Source of the DNA: an uncultured Clostridia bacterium
Lineage (GTDB): Bacteria > Bacillota > Clostridia > Christensenellales > UBA1242
DNA length: 64,000 nt
Direction of reading: 5' to 3'
NCBI GenBank assembly: GCA_944383315.1
Contig: CALWPB010000004.1
Location: 10,818 to 74,817 of the forward strand
The notes beneath the pieces are model-generated. The model did not search any database. It was not told the DNA's origin and saw only the letters and a program-made list of their open reading frames with translations. Positions 46,370 to 56,176 of this stretch are shown here, one piece after another; position 1 is the stretch's first letter; the number at the start of each line of letters is the position of its first letter. The position numbers were made by a program, and so were the translations under genes.

Positions 46370-46400
46370 AGCATTACCCCTTTTTTGTTATCTTACTTAA

Positions 46401-46429
46401 ATTTTAACAAAATATACTGCTTTTTGCAA
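46401..46429 (-). promoter_or_regulatory. Sigma-A promoter for the leader ORF and DGR target 1
   Basis: Minus strand TTGCAA-17 nt-TAAAAT with extended TG, about 30 nt upstream of the leader ATG. Confidence 0.6.
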
Positions 46430-46735
46430 ATGCACGCTTTAAGTTTGGCTCATTTTGAAATTACAATAAAAATATTGTTAAAAAGCGGGCAAAAACAGTT
46501 AAACTTGGAGATTAAATATACAATTTTTGTATTACAATATTGTATTAATAACTCAAAAAAACAAATTTTTTACAAAATTTAGCCATTATCATAATAATAA
46601 TCGAGAATATAAAATCATTTTTCCTTTCAAATTTTAAAGGGCAACTACAAAAAATATTTTTATAGTTTTATAAAAAATACGGAGATATTCTCCGTAAGTC
46701 AAACAAAACAAATTTAAAATGATAAAATTTAATTT

Positions 46736-46993
46736 ATGGATAAAATAAATAATTTCGCAAAAAATCTAGTAGAAGAACGGCGGGCGCGAAACATTTCACA
46801 ACGGAAATTAGCCGAATATCTTAATGTTGATGCCTCGCTTGTATATCAATGGGAGCACGAAAAGTGCGAACCCGGTCTTGATACTCTTTGTAAAATCAGT
46901 GCATATTTCGACATACCTATTGACGAATTGTTAGGGGCAAAATACCCCACCGCTTTATTAAACGAACAAGAAAGAAAAATTGCTCAAAATTAA
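46736..46993 (+). CDS. XRE-family HTH regulator
   Basis: ISQRKLAEYLNVDASLVYQWEHEKCEP...FDIPIDELLG. Confidence 0.87.
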   Translation: MDKINNFAKNLVEERRARNISQRKLAEYLNVDASLVYQWEHEKCEPGLDTLCKISAYFDIPIDELLGAKYPTALLNEQERKIAQN

Positions 46994-47298
46994 TACTTTT
47001 CCGCTTTTTGAAAGCGGATTTTTTATTAAATATTTATTTAGGTATACAGTTTTGTAATCCCAATCCATTTTCAGTAAAAAATATGATAAAAACAACATAA
47101 TTTTTGCAAATTTATGGTATTTCACCTACTCATAAAAATTAATTTTTATATTAACTTTTTATTAATAACAAAAAATTTACAACATTTCACCTGCCTTTTT
47201 GTATTTTTTTATCATTATATCACAAAATATGGTTACACGCAACCATATTTTATTGTTTTTTAAGAGTAAACTTGAAGAAAAGTTCAGGAAGTGTAAGA

Positions 47299-47541
47299 AT
47301 GAATAGTGTAAATCGCGCAGTAGCATTGAGAATTAAAGAATTGTTGAAACAAAAAGGCATCACTCAGTATAGGCTGGCTATGAACAGCGGAGTTACTCAT
47401 TCCACACTTAAAAACATTATACACGAAACAATTAAAGACAATTTGCTATCTACTGTCATTCTTATTGCTGGCGGTTTTGATATGACGGTAAGCGAATTTC
47501 TCGACTCCCCCCTTTTCTTAGAAGAAAATCTCAACATTTAG
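47299..47541 (+). CDS. Cro/C1-type HTH regulator (HTH_26-like)
   Basis: AVALRIKELLKQKGITQYRLA..SGV.HSTL..I...FDMTVSEF.DSPLF. Confidence 0.85.
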   Translation: MNSVNRAVALRIKELLKQKGITQYRLAMNSGVTHSTLKNIIHETIKDNLLSTVILIAGGFDMTVSEFLDSPLFLEENLNI

Positions 47542-47733
47542 GGTTTTAATTTCCTATATAATATATAGACATTTTTTTATGTAAAAATTTCTAATATATC
47601 AAAAAAATTGATAACTAAAACAAATTGAATAAAAATATATATTTTGTTTAAAAATGCAAATAATAGAAATATGTTTGACATTTGTTTTATTTTTAATTAA
47701 GATTAGAGTGTAATTTATAAGGAGGGAGATTTT

Positions 47734-48234
47734 ATGGCTAAAAAATCCAAGAGTTCATTTATGAACATAATTTGGGGAATTTTGGTGCTCGCGGGACTTG
47801 TGTTGCTCGTACTACCGATGTTTTTAAATATCTTTGAAAGAATCGGTACTCTTGGCGAACACTCCGAAGTACTTGGTTCGTATAAGATATTTGCTGACCT
47901 AAGTATTTACGAATCTGGTGGACTTGCTACTGCTGTAAGTGTAATGCTGGTTATCGGGCTTTGCCTTGCTGCTATTTACCTAATACTTTACTGCATTGAC
48001 TCATTTACAAAAGTTAAATTTAATTGCTCAAAAATTAGAATGTTCATCGCTTTCTTGTTGCTTGCATTGTTTGTAGCGACACTCATTTGCGGACTTGTAT
48101 TTGCTAGTGAAGCAATTAGCGCAAGCATTAGCGATGTTGTTGGTACAAGTATGATTTGCGGCGCTGGCTTCTGGCTCGGTGTTGTGGGTATGCTAGTTGC
48201 GTCAATTTTTGGGTTCCTTGCAGCAAAAAAGTAA
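47734..48234 (+). CDS. Four-TM membrane protein
   Basis: Four hydrophobic segments; AAGGAGG RBS. Confidence 0.7.
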   Translation: MAKKSKSSFMNIIWGILVLAGLVLLVLPMFLNIFERIGTLGEHSEVLGSYKIFADLSIYESGGLATAVSVMLVIGLCLAAIYLILYCIDSFTKVKFNCSKIRMFIAFLLLALFVATLICGLVFASEAISASISDVVGTSMICGAGFWLGVVGMLVASIFGFLAAKK

Positions 48235-48427
48235 ACTTATAATTATGCAAAAACTTGAAAAAGTTTATCAAAAAGGTGGTTTATCCGCCTTTTATTTTAT
48301 ACCCTAATTTAATTGACAATACGCTAGTTTGCTGTTATACTCGCAAACGGTATAAGGGCTATTTGGATATTCTAATTTGAACACTCCACACTTCCCAATG
48401 CGCCAATAATTTAAAAGGAATATACTT

Positions 48428-49609
48428 ATGAAAATCAAAATAATCGGTGTAACAGAAAGCAAACTTGAAAACGTAGACGGCAGAAGCGATACTCCCTATC
48501 AATTTTGCGCAAAGGCAATGGGGGCTTGTGTTTCTTCTAATCCGCTTGAACTAATGGCTACGGAAAATTTGGACACAACTTTAAAAAGGCTCGACCGTAC
48601 TCTAAAAGAACGCCATCACAGCGGTTTTGATATGTATAATATCGTACTGGAAATGGACGATGTTTCAAAAATTTTCTGTATGTTTCTCAACAATTTACAC
48701 ACATTCACGACCGAAGAAACAAGCGGCAGGCACAAAGAATTGGTGCTTCCCCCCAAAGAAAAGGCGGTTTTTGATTATTTTTACGGCAAATTTTACAACT
48801 ATGCTTGCGAAAAATCGCCTGATGCTCCCGAACGTGTTAAAAAACAAATCGCACTTGAAAATGCTCGTTACACAACGGGACTTAATGCAAAAACGAATAT
48901 TGTGCATGCTGTAACGTTGCGCCACCTGAATTACGTATACAATATGGCAAAAAATCTACTTAACAAAGAAAATCTCAACATCTATGAGCAACTTGTATTG
49001 CCTGATATGCAAAATTTTTGCGACATTCTGGACGAAATGACCATTGAGAACGAACCTATTATTAACCCTATTTTGCAAAAGGACCCATACGGGCGCGAGT
49101 TTAATCTATTTGGCGATGGAAAAAAGCACGCGGAGCATTTTGGCAAAACGTACGAGATTTACTATCAAGCTTCAGCGACCGCTGCGGCACAGTTGCAACG
49201 CCACCGCTCTATTTATATGGAAATGAGCGTCCCTAAAAAAACTACTTATTACGTCCCTCCAATTGTTAAAGAACTTGATTTGCAAGATGATTGGGTTGAG
49301 AAAATTGCCCAATTAAATAACGTTCCGCAAGCACGTTTACTTGATGTTTGCGAAACGGGACAACTAGCAAATTACATAATGAAAATGAAAGAACGTTGCT
49401 GTGAGTATGCTCAAGAAGAAGCAAAATTTATAACCAAAGAACAAGCAAACAAAATATTTAAAGGGCTTGAACAATATGACAGAGAACTTGCTGCACAAAT
49501 GCAACTCGCTTACGGTAACGGAAAAAATAGACGCGACTTTCCCGACTACAAATGTGTATGTTCCCACCCGTGCAAACCTGTGAAATTAGAACAAGAACGA
49601 CAAATTTAA
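48428..49609 (+). CDS. thyX: FAD-dependent thymidylate synthase-like protein (tandem-domain ThyX)
   Basis: HHSGFD, EETSGRH, ENARY and QLQRHRS motifs; TTGACA-17-TATACT promoter upstream. Confidence 0.7.
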   Translation: MKIKIIGVTESKLENVDGRSDTPYQFCAKAMGACVSSNPLELMATENLDTTLKRLDRTLKERHHSGFDMYNIVLEMDDVSKIFCMFLNNLHTFTTEETSGRHKELVLPPKEKAVFDYFYGKFYNYACEKSPDAPERVKKQIALENARYTTGLNAKTNIVHAVTLRHLNYVYNMAKNLLNKENLNIYEQLVLPDMQNFCDILDEMTIENEPIINPILQKDPYGREFNLFGDGKKHAEHFGKTYEIYYQASATAAAQLQRHRSIYMEMSVPKKTTYYVPPIVKELDLQDDWVEKIAQLNNVPQARLLDVCETGQLANYIMKMKERCCEYAQEEAKFITKEQANKIFKGLEQYDRELAAQMQLAYGNGKNRRDFPDYKCVCSHPCKPVKLEQERQI

Positions 49610-49727
49610 GTAAAACTGCAATTATTTTAGTCGAAAAAACGCAAAAAACATTTTACAAAGGCATTTAATTGCCTTTTTTTGTTTGAAATGCTATAATTTC
49701 CAATAAAAAATTAATGGAGATGATACT

Positions 49728-50756
49728 ATGAAATGCTTTGTTACTGGCGGTACTGGACACATTGGTAATGTCCTTATAAAAAAATTATTAAAACTTGGAC
49801 ATACCGTACGTGCTCTTGTCTTACCTAACGAAGACTTGACACCAATAAAAGACCTTGATATTGAATTAGTTACAGGCGATATTACTGATAGAGATTTTAT
49901 CTTTAATGCTATACAGGCAGATGAAATAGTCTTTCATCTGGCTGGTGTAATTGAAATTGCAGGCGGACGAGATGAATTAGTTGAAAAAGTAAACGTGCAA
50001 GGCACTATTAATGTTGCTGATGCCTGCATTGCAAAAAATGTAAAATTGATTTACACAAGTTCGGTACACGCTATTGAACCTATTTCTAATGTAGTACTTT
50101 CTGAGCCTACCGAATTTGACGAAAACAAAGTTGTTGGAGTATATGCAAAAACAAAAGCAAAAGCAACTAAATATATTTTTGATGCCGTTAAAGATAAGGG
50201 ATTGCAAGCGGTTGTGGTCTACCCTTCTGGTGTAATTGGCCCGTGCGATTATAAAGTTTCCGAACTAGGTCAAGTACTACTCGACTATATAAACGGAAAA
50301 ATGGCGGGATACATTCAAGGCGGCTACAATTTTGTTGATGTACGAGATGTGGCTGATGGAATAATAAATGCAGCAACAAACGGTCGCATTGGCGAAGGCT
50401 ACAACTTAACAGGAGAAGTTGTATCAATCAAGCAAATGTTTCAATCAATAAATCTTTGTCTGCACAAAAACTACCTTCCTCCAAAAGTACCATTATGGAT
50501 AGTAAAAATATTTACAAAAGTAAGCACATTCCACTATCGCCGACTTGGTAAAAAACCGATACTTAGTGATTACTCAATTTACACTCTTAACGTAAATTCA
50601 AATTTCAGTAATGAGAAAGCCAAGACTGAACTTAACTTTAAAAATCGTGATTACAAACAAAGCCTTTGCGATGCTTTAAAATGGTTTGTAAAAAATAAAC
50701 CAGAATTAGTTTCAAGTAAAATAATTAAAAAACTACAAAAACACCAAGTAGCATAA
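49728..50756 (+). CDS. NAD-dependent epimerase/dehydratase (dihydroflavonol-reductase-like extended SDR)
   Basis: VTGGTGHIG, FHLAG, YTSS, YAKTK and VDVRDVA motifs. Confidence 0.9.
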   Translation: MKCFVTGGTGHIGNVLIKKLLKLGHTVRALVLPNEDLTPIKDLDIELVTGDITDRDFIFNAIQADEIVFHLAGVIEIAGGRDELVEKVNVQGTINVADACIAKNVKLIYTSSVHAIEPISNVVLSEPTEFDENKVVGVYAKTKAKATKYIFDAVKDKGLQAVVVYPSGVIGPCDYKVSELGQVLLDYINGKMAGYIQGGYNFVDVRDVADGIINAATNGRIGEGYNLTGEVVSIKQMFQSINLCLHKNYLPPKVPLWIVKIFTKVSTFHYRRLGKKPILSDYSIYTLNVNSNFSNEKAKTELNFKNRDYKQSLCDALKWFVKNKPELVSSKIIKKLQKHQVA

Positions 50757-51061
50757 TATTATAAAATAAAACATATTTTTGCTTTTAAAAATCATTTTTG
50801 GCATAAAATTGTTATGTATATTTATACAATATATTTATAATTTAAATAGCATAATATATCGCATAATATATATAATTTAATTTTTTTAACTAAATATATA
50901 TTAAATTTAAAATTATTATAAATATAAACAAGTATAAATATTCATAAATAATATTATAGTATAATATAAATGATAAACAAAAAGTATATCAAATTATTTG
51001 ACATAATTTTCAAAATCGTTTAAAATTTTACTATATTATTTATTTTAGGAGAGTGTAAATT

Positions 51062-51910
51062 ATGATTAGAATTGTTGCTGACTCATCGTGCGATATTTCA
51101 CAAGAGGAAGCTAAAGAATTAAATGTTGAAATTGCCCCTATCCCTGTATCATTTGGTAATGATACCTATATGGATGGGATTGATATAAATGCTGATAAAT
51201 TTTACGAAATGTTGATAAATTCCAAAGAACTACCTACTACCGCTCAAGTGAACCCTTTGGAATATATAGAAAGATTTGAAGAAGTAGCAAAAACTGGAGA
51301 TAGTTTACTTATCATTACTTTATCTTCCAAACTTTCAGGGTCATACGGAAATGCTTGTATGTTTAGAAAAGAAGTTGATTATCCAGAAATTGAAATCGTA
51401 GATTCGTTAAACACAATTAATATGATGAAAATATTGGTCCGCGAGGCTGTAAAAAAACGTGCAGAAGGTTTAAACGTTCACGAAATTGCAGAATATCTAA
51501 ACAAATTTAAGAAGCGAATAAAACTTGTTGCAGTAATCGACACACTTGAATATTTACATAAAGGTGGCAGGCTCTCTGGTACAGCAAAAGTAGTTGGTAC
51601 ACTATTAAATATTAAACCACTTATTTCAGTCATTGACGGTGAAGTTAGAATGATTGGCAAAAAACCTGGCATTAATAAAGCGCTTGAACAACTCGTTGTT
51701 GAATTTGATAAATTTGACCGCGACACAAACTACCCTATCATTTTTGGTTATGCAATGAGTCCTGATAAAATGAATGCATTTATTGAAAGATTGAAAGTTG
51801 ACCACGAACTTGGAAATTATGAAACCTGTGGAATTGGGCCAGTAGTAGGAGTACACATAGGTCCTGGCGCTTGTGCCGTAACTTGCGTAGTAAAAGAAGG
51901 TACTGAATAA
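51062..51910 (+). CDS. DegV family protein (FakB-like)
   Basis: IVADSSCD, PTTAQ, LSSKLSGSY, LEYLHKGGR and GVHIGPG motifs. Confidence 0.93.
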   Translation: MIRIVADSSCDISQEEAKELNVEIAPIPVSFGNDTYMDGIDINADKFYEMLINSKELPTTAQVNPLEYIERFEEVAKTGDSLLIITLSSKLSGSYGNACMFRKEVDYPEIEIVDSLNTINMMKILVREAVKKRAEGLNVHEIAEYLNKFKKRIKLVAVIDTLEYLHKGGRLSGTAKVVGTLLNIKPLISVIDGEVRMIGKKPGINKALEQLVVEFDKFDRDTNYPIIFGYAMSPDKMNAFIERLKVDHELGNYETCGIGPVVGVHIGPGACAVTCVVKEGTE

Positions 51911-52161
51911 ATTATTTTAATAGTATAAATTAAAAAATCACGTAACAATTTACGTGATTTTTTTATAAAAGCAAGTATTCTTAATCAATCTTTAACTATA
52001 AAAAATTTTCTATTTCAGTTATATTATTTATTAAATTTTGCTTGTATTTTTATTTTATAGTAAAATATTTTATATTTATAACAATATTTTAATATACTAT
52101 GCAATGTATTATGCAATAAAAAACAAATAAAAACCATAGTACAGTGATGGTTTTTATAAAT

Positions 52162-52488
52162 TTATTCTTTATCTTTTATAAATGTTGAACAAAGTGTTTG
52201 TCCGTGTCCTTGGTCAATAACAGTAATACCATTAGCAGAACATTTCTTTTCATCATTAAAAAGACATTCGCATTTATCGCACGAAAGTTTCACTTCCCTA
52301 ATATGTCTAGAATTTGCATAATTTTCAGTTCCGGCTTCAAACATATTACGGCTGAAATCTTCCGCAGATTTGGTAGTATCCGCATCAAAAGAATCACATT
52401 CTGCACAATTTCCTATATTGACTTCCCTTGCTCTACAAGTATAGCCGTGGTTATATTTGCAACTAGTTTTTCTACATTTAATATCCAT
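52162..52488 (-). CDS. DUF1540-like cysteine-rich protein (two repeats)
   Basis: Two copies of C...C.YN....C.A..I......C.SF. Confidence 0.75.
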   Translation of the reverse strand: MDIKCRKTSCKYNHGYTCRAREVNIGNCAECDSFDADTTKSAEDFSRNMFEAGTENYANSRHIREVKLSCDKCECLFNDEKKCSANGITVIDQGHGQTLCSTFIKDKE

Positions 52489-52721
52489 ATTCCTTAACTC
52501 CTTTTATTATTTATTATCACCCTTTTATATATCTTTATTCAAAATAGCATTTTTATTTTTTGTCAATTAATAGAGTACAAGTTTTTACTCTTTTGAATTA
52601 TTCTATATTCAAGTATGAAGTATACAATACATAGCTTTGTATTGTATTTAAAATAAATTATAATTCACTACCTTTACATACTTTAAAATTTGTTTTATAA
52701 TAACATTTAAAGGAGAGTTTT

Positions 52722-53480
52722 ATGAAATCATTAACCGCTGTAAGTAAACTAACAATTTATGCTCAAACCCACCCGCAAGATGCAAATGATTGCTTTACGT
52801 TAATAGATATTATTACCGAAAATATTACTATAAGAAATGAGAAATATGATTTTAATGAGTTTAATGTAGATTTTGAAGACGTTATAAAAACTATATTTTC
52901 CAAAATATTTTTAGCCAATCAAGAATTACTTGATTCTGTTCATAAAATTTATACAGCAAAAAAATCAAATTATGATATTACTTTATTAAATACAATTTCT
53001 AAAACAAGTAAGTTAATAAAAGAGAACACTCACAACATTGAAATGCTAAAAACTCTTTTTGACTTGCAAATAGAACAAAAATTAGATTATGATTTAAGTA
53101 AATTTTATGAAATAAAAGATAATCACATAGAAAGAGCAACTAATCTAGGAAATTTTGCACAAGAATTATTGCAGTCATTCCCTTTTATGAAAATTGCGCA
53201 GCACTATATAAAATACGCTCTGGAATTGCAAGAAGAACAAGATGCTAAAAAAATTGAAAACAAATTACCAGATGTTAGAGAAAAACTTGCAATATATAAA
53301 AAATTTAAAGAAATTAATGATGACATAGGATATTTTAGCGATGAACAAACTATTTCGCTTAATAAAGCAGTGTCATATACAAAGAAAATAGTTGATAAAC
53401 GTAACTTATATGTACAAATGGAATTATATGATTATGACCCTTGGGAATCTATGCATTTTAGTAAGTGTAATGGGAACTAA
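52722..53480 (+). CDS. Hypothetical protein (very AT-rich)
   Basis: 252-aa ORF with AAGGAG RBS. Confidence 0.6.
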   Translation: MKSLTAVSKLTIYAQTHPQDANDCFTLIDIITENITIRNEKYDFNEFNVDFEDVIKTIFSKIFLANQELLDSVHKIYTAKKSNYDITLLNTISKTSKLIKENTHNIEMLKTLFDLQIEQKLDYDLSKFYEIKDNHIERATNLGNFAQELLQSFPFMKIAQHYIKYALELQEEQDAKKIENKLPDVREKLAIYKKFKEINDDIGYFSDEQTISLNKAVSYTKKIVDKRNLYVQMELYDYDPWESMHFSKCNGN

Positions 53481-53611
53481 TCAACAATGTTTTTATCATA
53501 TTAACAGAACATTATAATTTAAACTTTATAATTGACAGTCTATTTATATTCTGTTATAATGCAGTCGTAAACAAGCCTTAATTATCAATATTACCCACTA
53601 GGAGAAATTTT

Positions 53612-54346
53612 ATGTACATTAATAATTTAATTTATTTGTTAGCAGCAAATTATCACGAAAATCCTATATCAAACGATGAAAGTTACCAAATTATTTCTAT
53701 CATATCTAAATATCAGCAACCTATTCACAACTATAAGTTTGATAATGTTACCAATCCACAACTTTACACTACTGTTGAAGAAGTATTTTACAATTTAATA
53801 AATGCTGCACAAAGAGACATAACAGTTTTATCATATAAACATCCTGAATTTTCTAATTATGAAAACTTCCCTATCATAAATAGACTAGTTCAATATATTG
53901 CCGACCTTTATTTGTTAGAAAATACTTCGTCTTTGATTGGCTATCGTTACATTGAAAACTATGAGAATATACATAAAAATATAAAATCCACTATTCAAAA
54001 TGGTTTGAAAGAAATTAAACATTCTTATGAAATAATGGATAAGTCAATTAATAATTTTATTTTGCCCAAATTAAATAAGTTTAACGCAGAAAAAAATCTC
54101 ACTATACTTAACAAAAATGAAGTTTATAACCTAGCGGTATTTACTGATAAATTAAACAATTCATTAATGCTTAAAGAAAATCAACAGCAAAACGATGCAC
54201 ATAATTTAATTTGCAATTATCAAGTATTAAATAATGAAACATTGGAAAATTTAAAAAACTCAATATTGTGCGCATATAATCTAGTAAAAGAAGAAAATCA
54301 ACAGCAGCATACTAAAATTGTTAAAGAGATGGAACAAGTACGATAA
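53612..54346 (+). CDS. Hypothetical protein (very AT-rich)
   Basis: 244-aa ORF with AGGAG RBS and TTGACA-17-TATAAT promoter at about 53532-53560. Confidence 0.6.
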   Translation: MYINNLIYLLAANYHENPISNDESYQIISIISKYQQPIHNYKFDNVTNPQLYTTVEEVFYNLINAAQRDITVLSYKHPEFSNYENFPIINRLVQYIADLYLLENTSSLIGYRYIENYENIHKNIKSTIQNGLKEIKHSYEIMDKSINNFILPKLNKFNAEKNLTILNKNEVYNLAVFTDKLNNSLMLKENQQQNDAHNLICNYQVLNNETLENLKNSILCAYNLVKEENQQQHTKIVKEMEQVR

Positions 54347-54476
54347 TTTTATCAATTTTTATTGGAAAAGTTATTCTTGAATGCAAACAACTTTTTGATA
54401 TGTTCACAAGATAAATTGGTTTACAAAATACTATAAATTTTATATAATAATACAAAAATGACAAGGAGTAAAAAAT

Positions 54477-54917
54477 ATGCAAGTAATACTTAATGAAGAT
54501 ATCAAAGGCACTGGGAAAAAAGGAGATATTGTAAATGTTAGCGATGGTTATGCACGCAACTTTCTATTTAAAAAAGGACTTGCTAAGCCTGTAAATAGTA
54601 CAAACCTAAATGAAAACAAGCAAGCAAAAGAGGCTAAGGCTTATCACAAGCAAGTAGAGCGCGATGGATACAGTGCCGAGGCAAAGAAGTTGAACGGGCT
54701 CAACGTTGAAATTGGTGTAAAAATTGGTGAAAATGGCAAATTGTTTGGAGCAGTTACCAATAAAGAAGTTGCTGAAAAATTGGATACACTTGGAATCAAA
54801 GTTGAAAAAAAGATGATTACCCTACCCGCTATTAAACTTGTAGGCAAGTACAATGCAAAAGCACGTTTTGCAGAAGGTATTGAGGCAAAATTTTATGTAA
54901 CCGTAAAGGGTGAATAA
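54477..54917 (+). CDS. rplI: 50S ribosomal protein L9
   Basis: [29 protein letters not shown] and GKLFGAVT motifs. Confidence 0.96.
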   Translation: MQVILNEDIKGTGKKGDIVNVSDGYARNFLFKKGLAKPVNSTNLNENKQAKEAKAYHKQVERDGYSAEAKKLNGLNVEIGVKIGENGKLFGAVTNKEVAEKLDTLGIKVEKKMITLPAIKLVGKYNAKARFAEGIEAKFYVTVKGE

Positions 54918-55023
54918 ATTACTGTAATTTGTGTTGTAAAAAATTAAACAATTATTGCTTTATTACTAAATATTGGCATATACGAAATAAACGCATATAA
55001 TATTTTATTTAAAAGGAGTAATT

Positions 55024-55194
55024 ATGGAAAACGCGAAAACACACAAAGAAGGTAAGCCAACTAATGCAGTTATAAAGTTTAATATACAAAAGAATATTAA
55101 GTCGAAATATTTTGAGCACAAATACAACAGTCTTGATAAAAAAGCACAGAGAAGCACACCTCTACATAAAAATAACGAGCAAATGGATAGATAA
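55024..55194 (+). CDS. Small hypothetical protein (56 aa, below the ORF-track cutoff)
   Basis: AAAGGAG RBS; MENAKTHKEGKPTNAVIKFNIQKN...NEQMDR*. Confidence 0.45.
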   Translation: MENAKTHKEGKPTNAVIKFNIQKNIKSKYFEHKYNSLDKKAQRSTPLHKNNEQMDR

Positions 55195-55252
55195 ATTTTG
55201 TCATTTTGTTGACAACTATCCTTTTTTTTATTAACTGTTAAATTTAAGAACG

Positions 55253-55591
55253 TTAAATTAGCAGTACTGTTATACCCGAGTTTGAGAAAAAGAGTTCGGG
55301 GTCGCCTATTACCTCTGGGCAAAGTCTTTTTATCTTTTCCGCTGTTTCGCTTGCGAGCCATTGTTCGCCCTTGACAAAATCGCTAATAAAGCCCTTATGC
55401 TTTGCACGTGGTAGCCAAATTTTGAGCGCGCGCTTAATTTCTCCACCAACACCGTGAGAGCCGTAGCCGTGAATAATTTTCATAGCAACTATTCCCTCTC
55501 GTCTAGCAATTTCAATCTCAATCTCAAGAATAGCAAGGGCTTGGTCAACTGTGGGCTGATTTTCTTTTAAATTTATAGTTTTGTATTTCAT
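55253..55591 (-). CDS. Smr/MutS2 domain protein
   Basis: KIIHGYGSHGVGG and NSGITV motifs. Confidence 0.85.
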   Translation of the reverse strand: MKYKTINLKENQPTVDQALAILEIEIEIARREGIVAMKIIHGYGSHGVGGEIKRALKIWLPRAKHKGFISDFVKGEQWLASETAEKIKRLCPEVIGDPELFFSNSGITVLLI

Positions 55592-55710
55592 AATTTTATT
55601 ATAGCACTTTTATTTTAGTTTAGCAAATACTAGTATATTAAAATCATTTAAAGAAAATGAGATTCTCCGTAATACGTCAAGGAAAGAGTACTCAAAAAAT
55701 GTCTTGATAT

Positions 55711-55739
55711 AAAAAAATCACGGTAATACCGTGATTTTT
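55711..55739 (-). terminator. Terminator of the rplJL operon
   Basis: AAAAATCACGGT-aat-ACCGTGATTTTT. Confidence 0.75.
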
Positions 55740-55753
55740 AATTAAAGGCAAAA

Positions 55754-56146
55754 CTATGCCAATTCAACTTCAGCACCAGCTTCTTTGAGCTTGCTTTCAA
55801 TTTCTTTAGCTTCGTCTGGGCTAACGTTTTCTTTAACAGCCTTAGGAGCAGCCTCAACAAGTTCCTTAGCTTCTGTAAGTCCAAGACCTGTAATTTCTTT
55901 AACAACTTTGATAACTGCTACTTTGCTTGCGCTTGCGCCAAGACCTTTAAGAACTACATTGTAAGTTGATTTCTCTTCTGCTGCAGCAGCTGCAGGAGCA
56001 GCGCCAGCGGCAACAGGAGCAGCAGCAACTGCTACAGGAGCAGCAGCGCTTACGCCAAATTCTTCTTCAAGCAATTTAACCAATTCGCTTACTTCAACAA
56101 CGGTTAATGCTTTGATTTCTTCCAAAATGTCATTAATTTTTGCCAT
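55754..56146 (-). CDS. rplL: 50S ribosomal protein L7/L12
   Basis: [10 protein letters not shown] and [24 protein letters not shown] motifs. Confidence 0.98.
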   Translation of the reverse strand: MAKINDILEEIKALTVVEVSELVKLLEEEFGVSAAAPVAVAAAPVAAGAAPAAAAAEEKSTYNVVLKGLGASASKVAVIKVVKEITGLGLTEAKELVEAAPKAVKENVSPDEAKEIESKLKEAGAEVELA

Positions 56147-56176
56147 AATGATTTTTCTCCTTAATTTGATTTTAAA

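Noticed and set aside
46736-47541. Prophage immunity region
   Set aside because: Only lone HTH genes; no integrase, replication or structural phage genes are adjacent.
50757-51060. Very AT-rich intergenic stretch (also 13500-13750) as a replication origin
   Set aside because: No cluster of TTATCCACA DnaA boxes seen and no dnaA or dnaN nearby.
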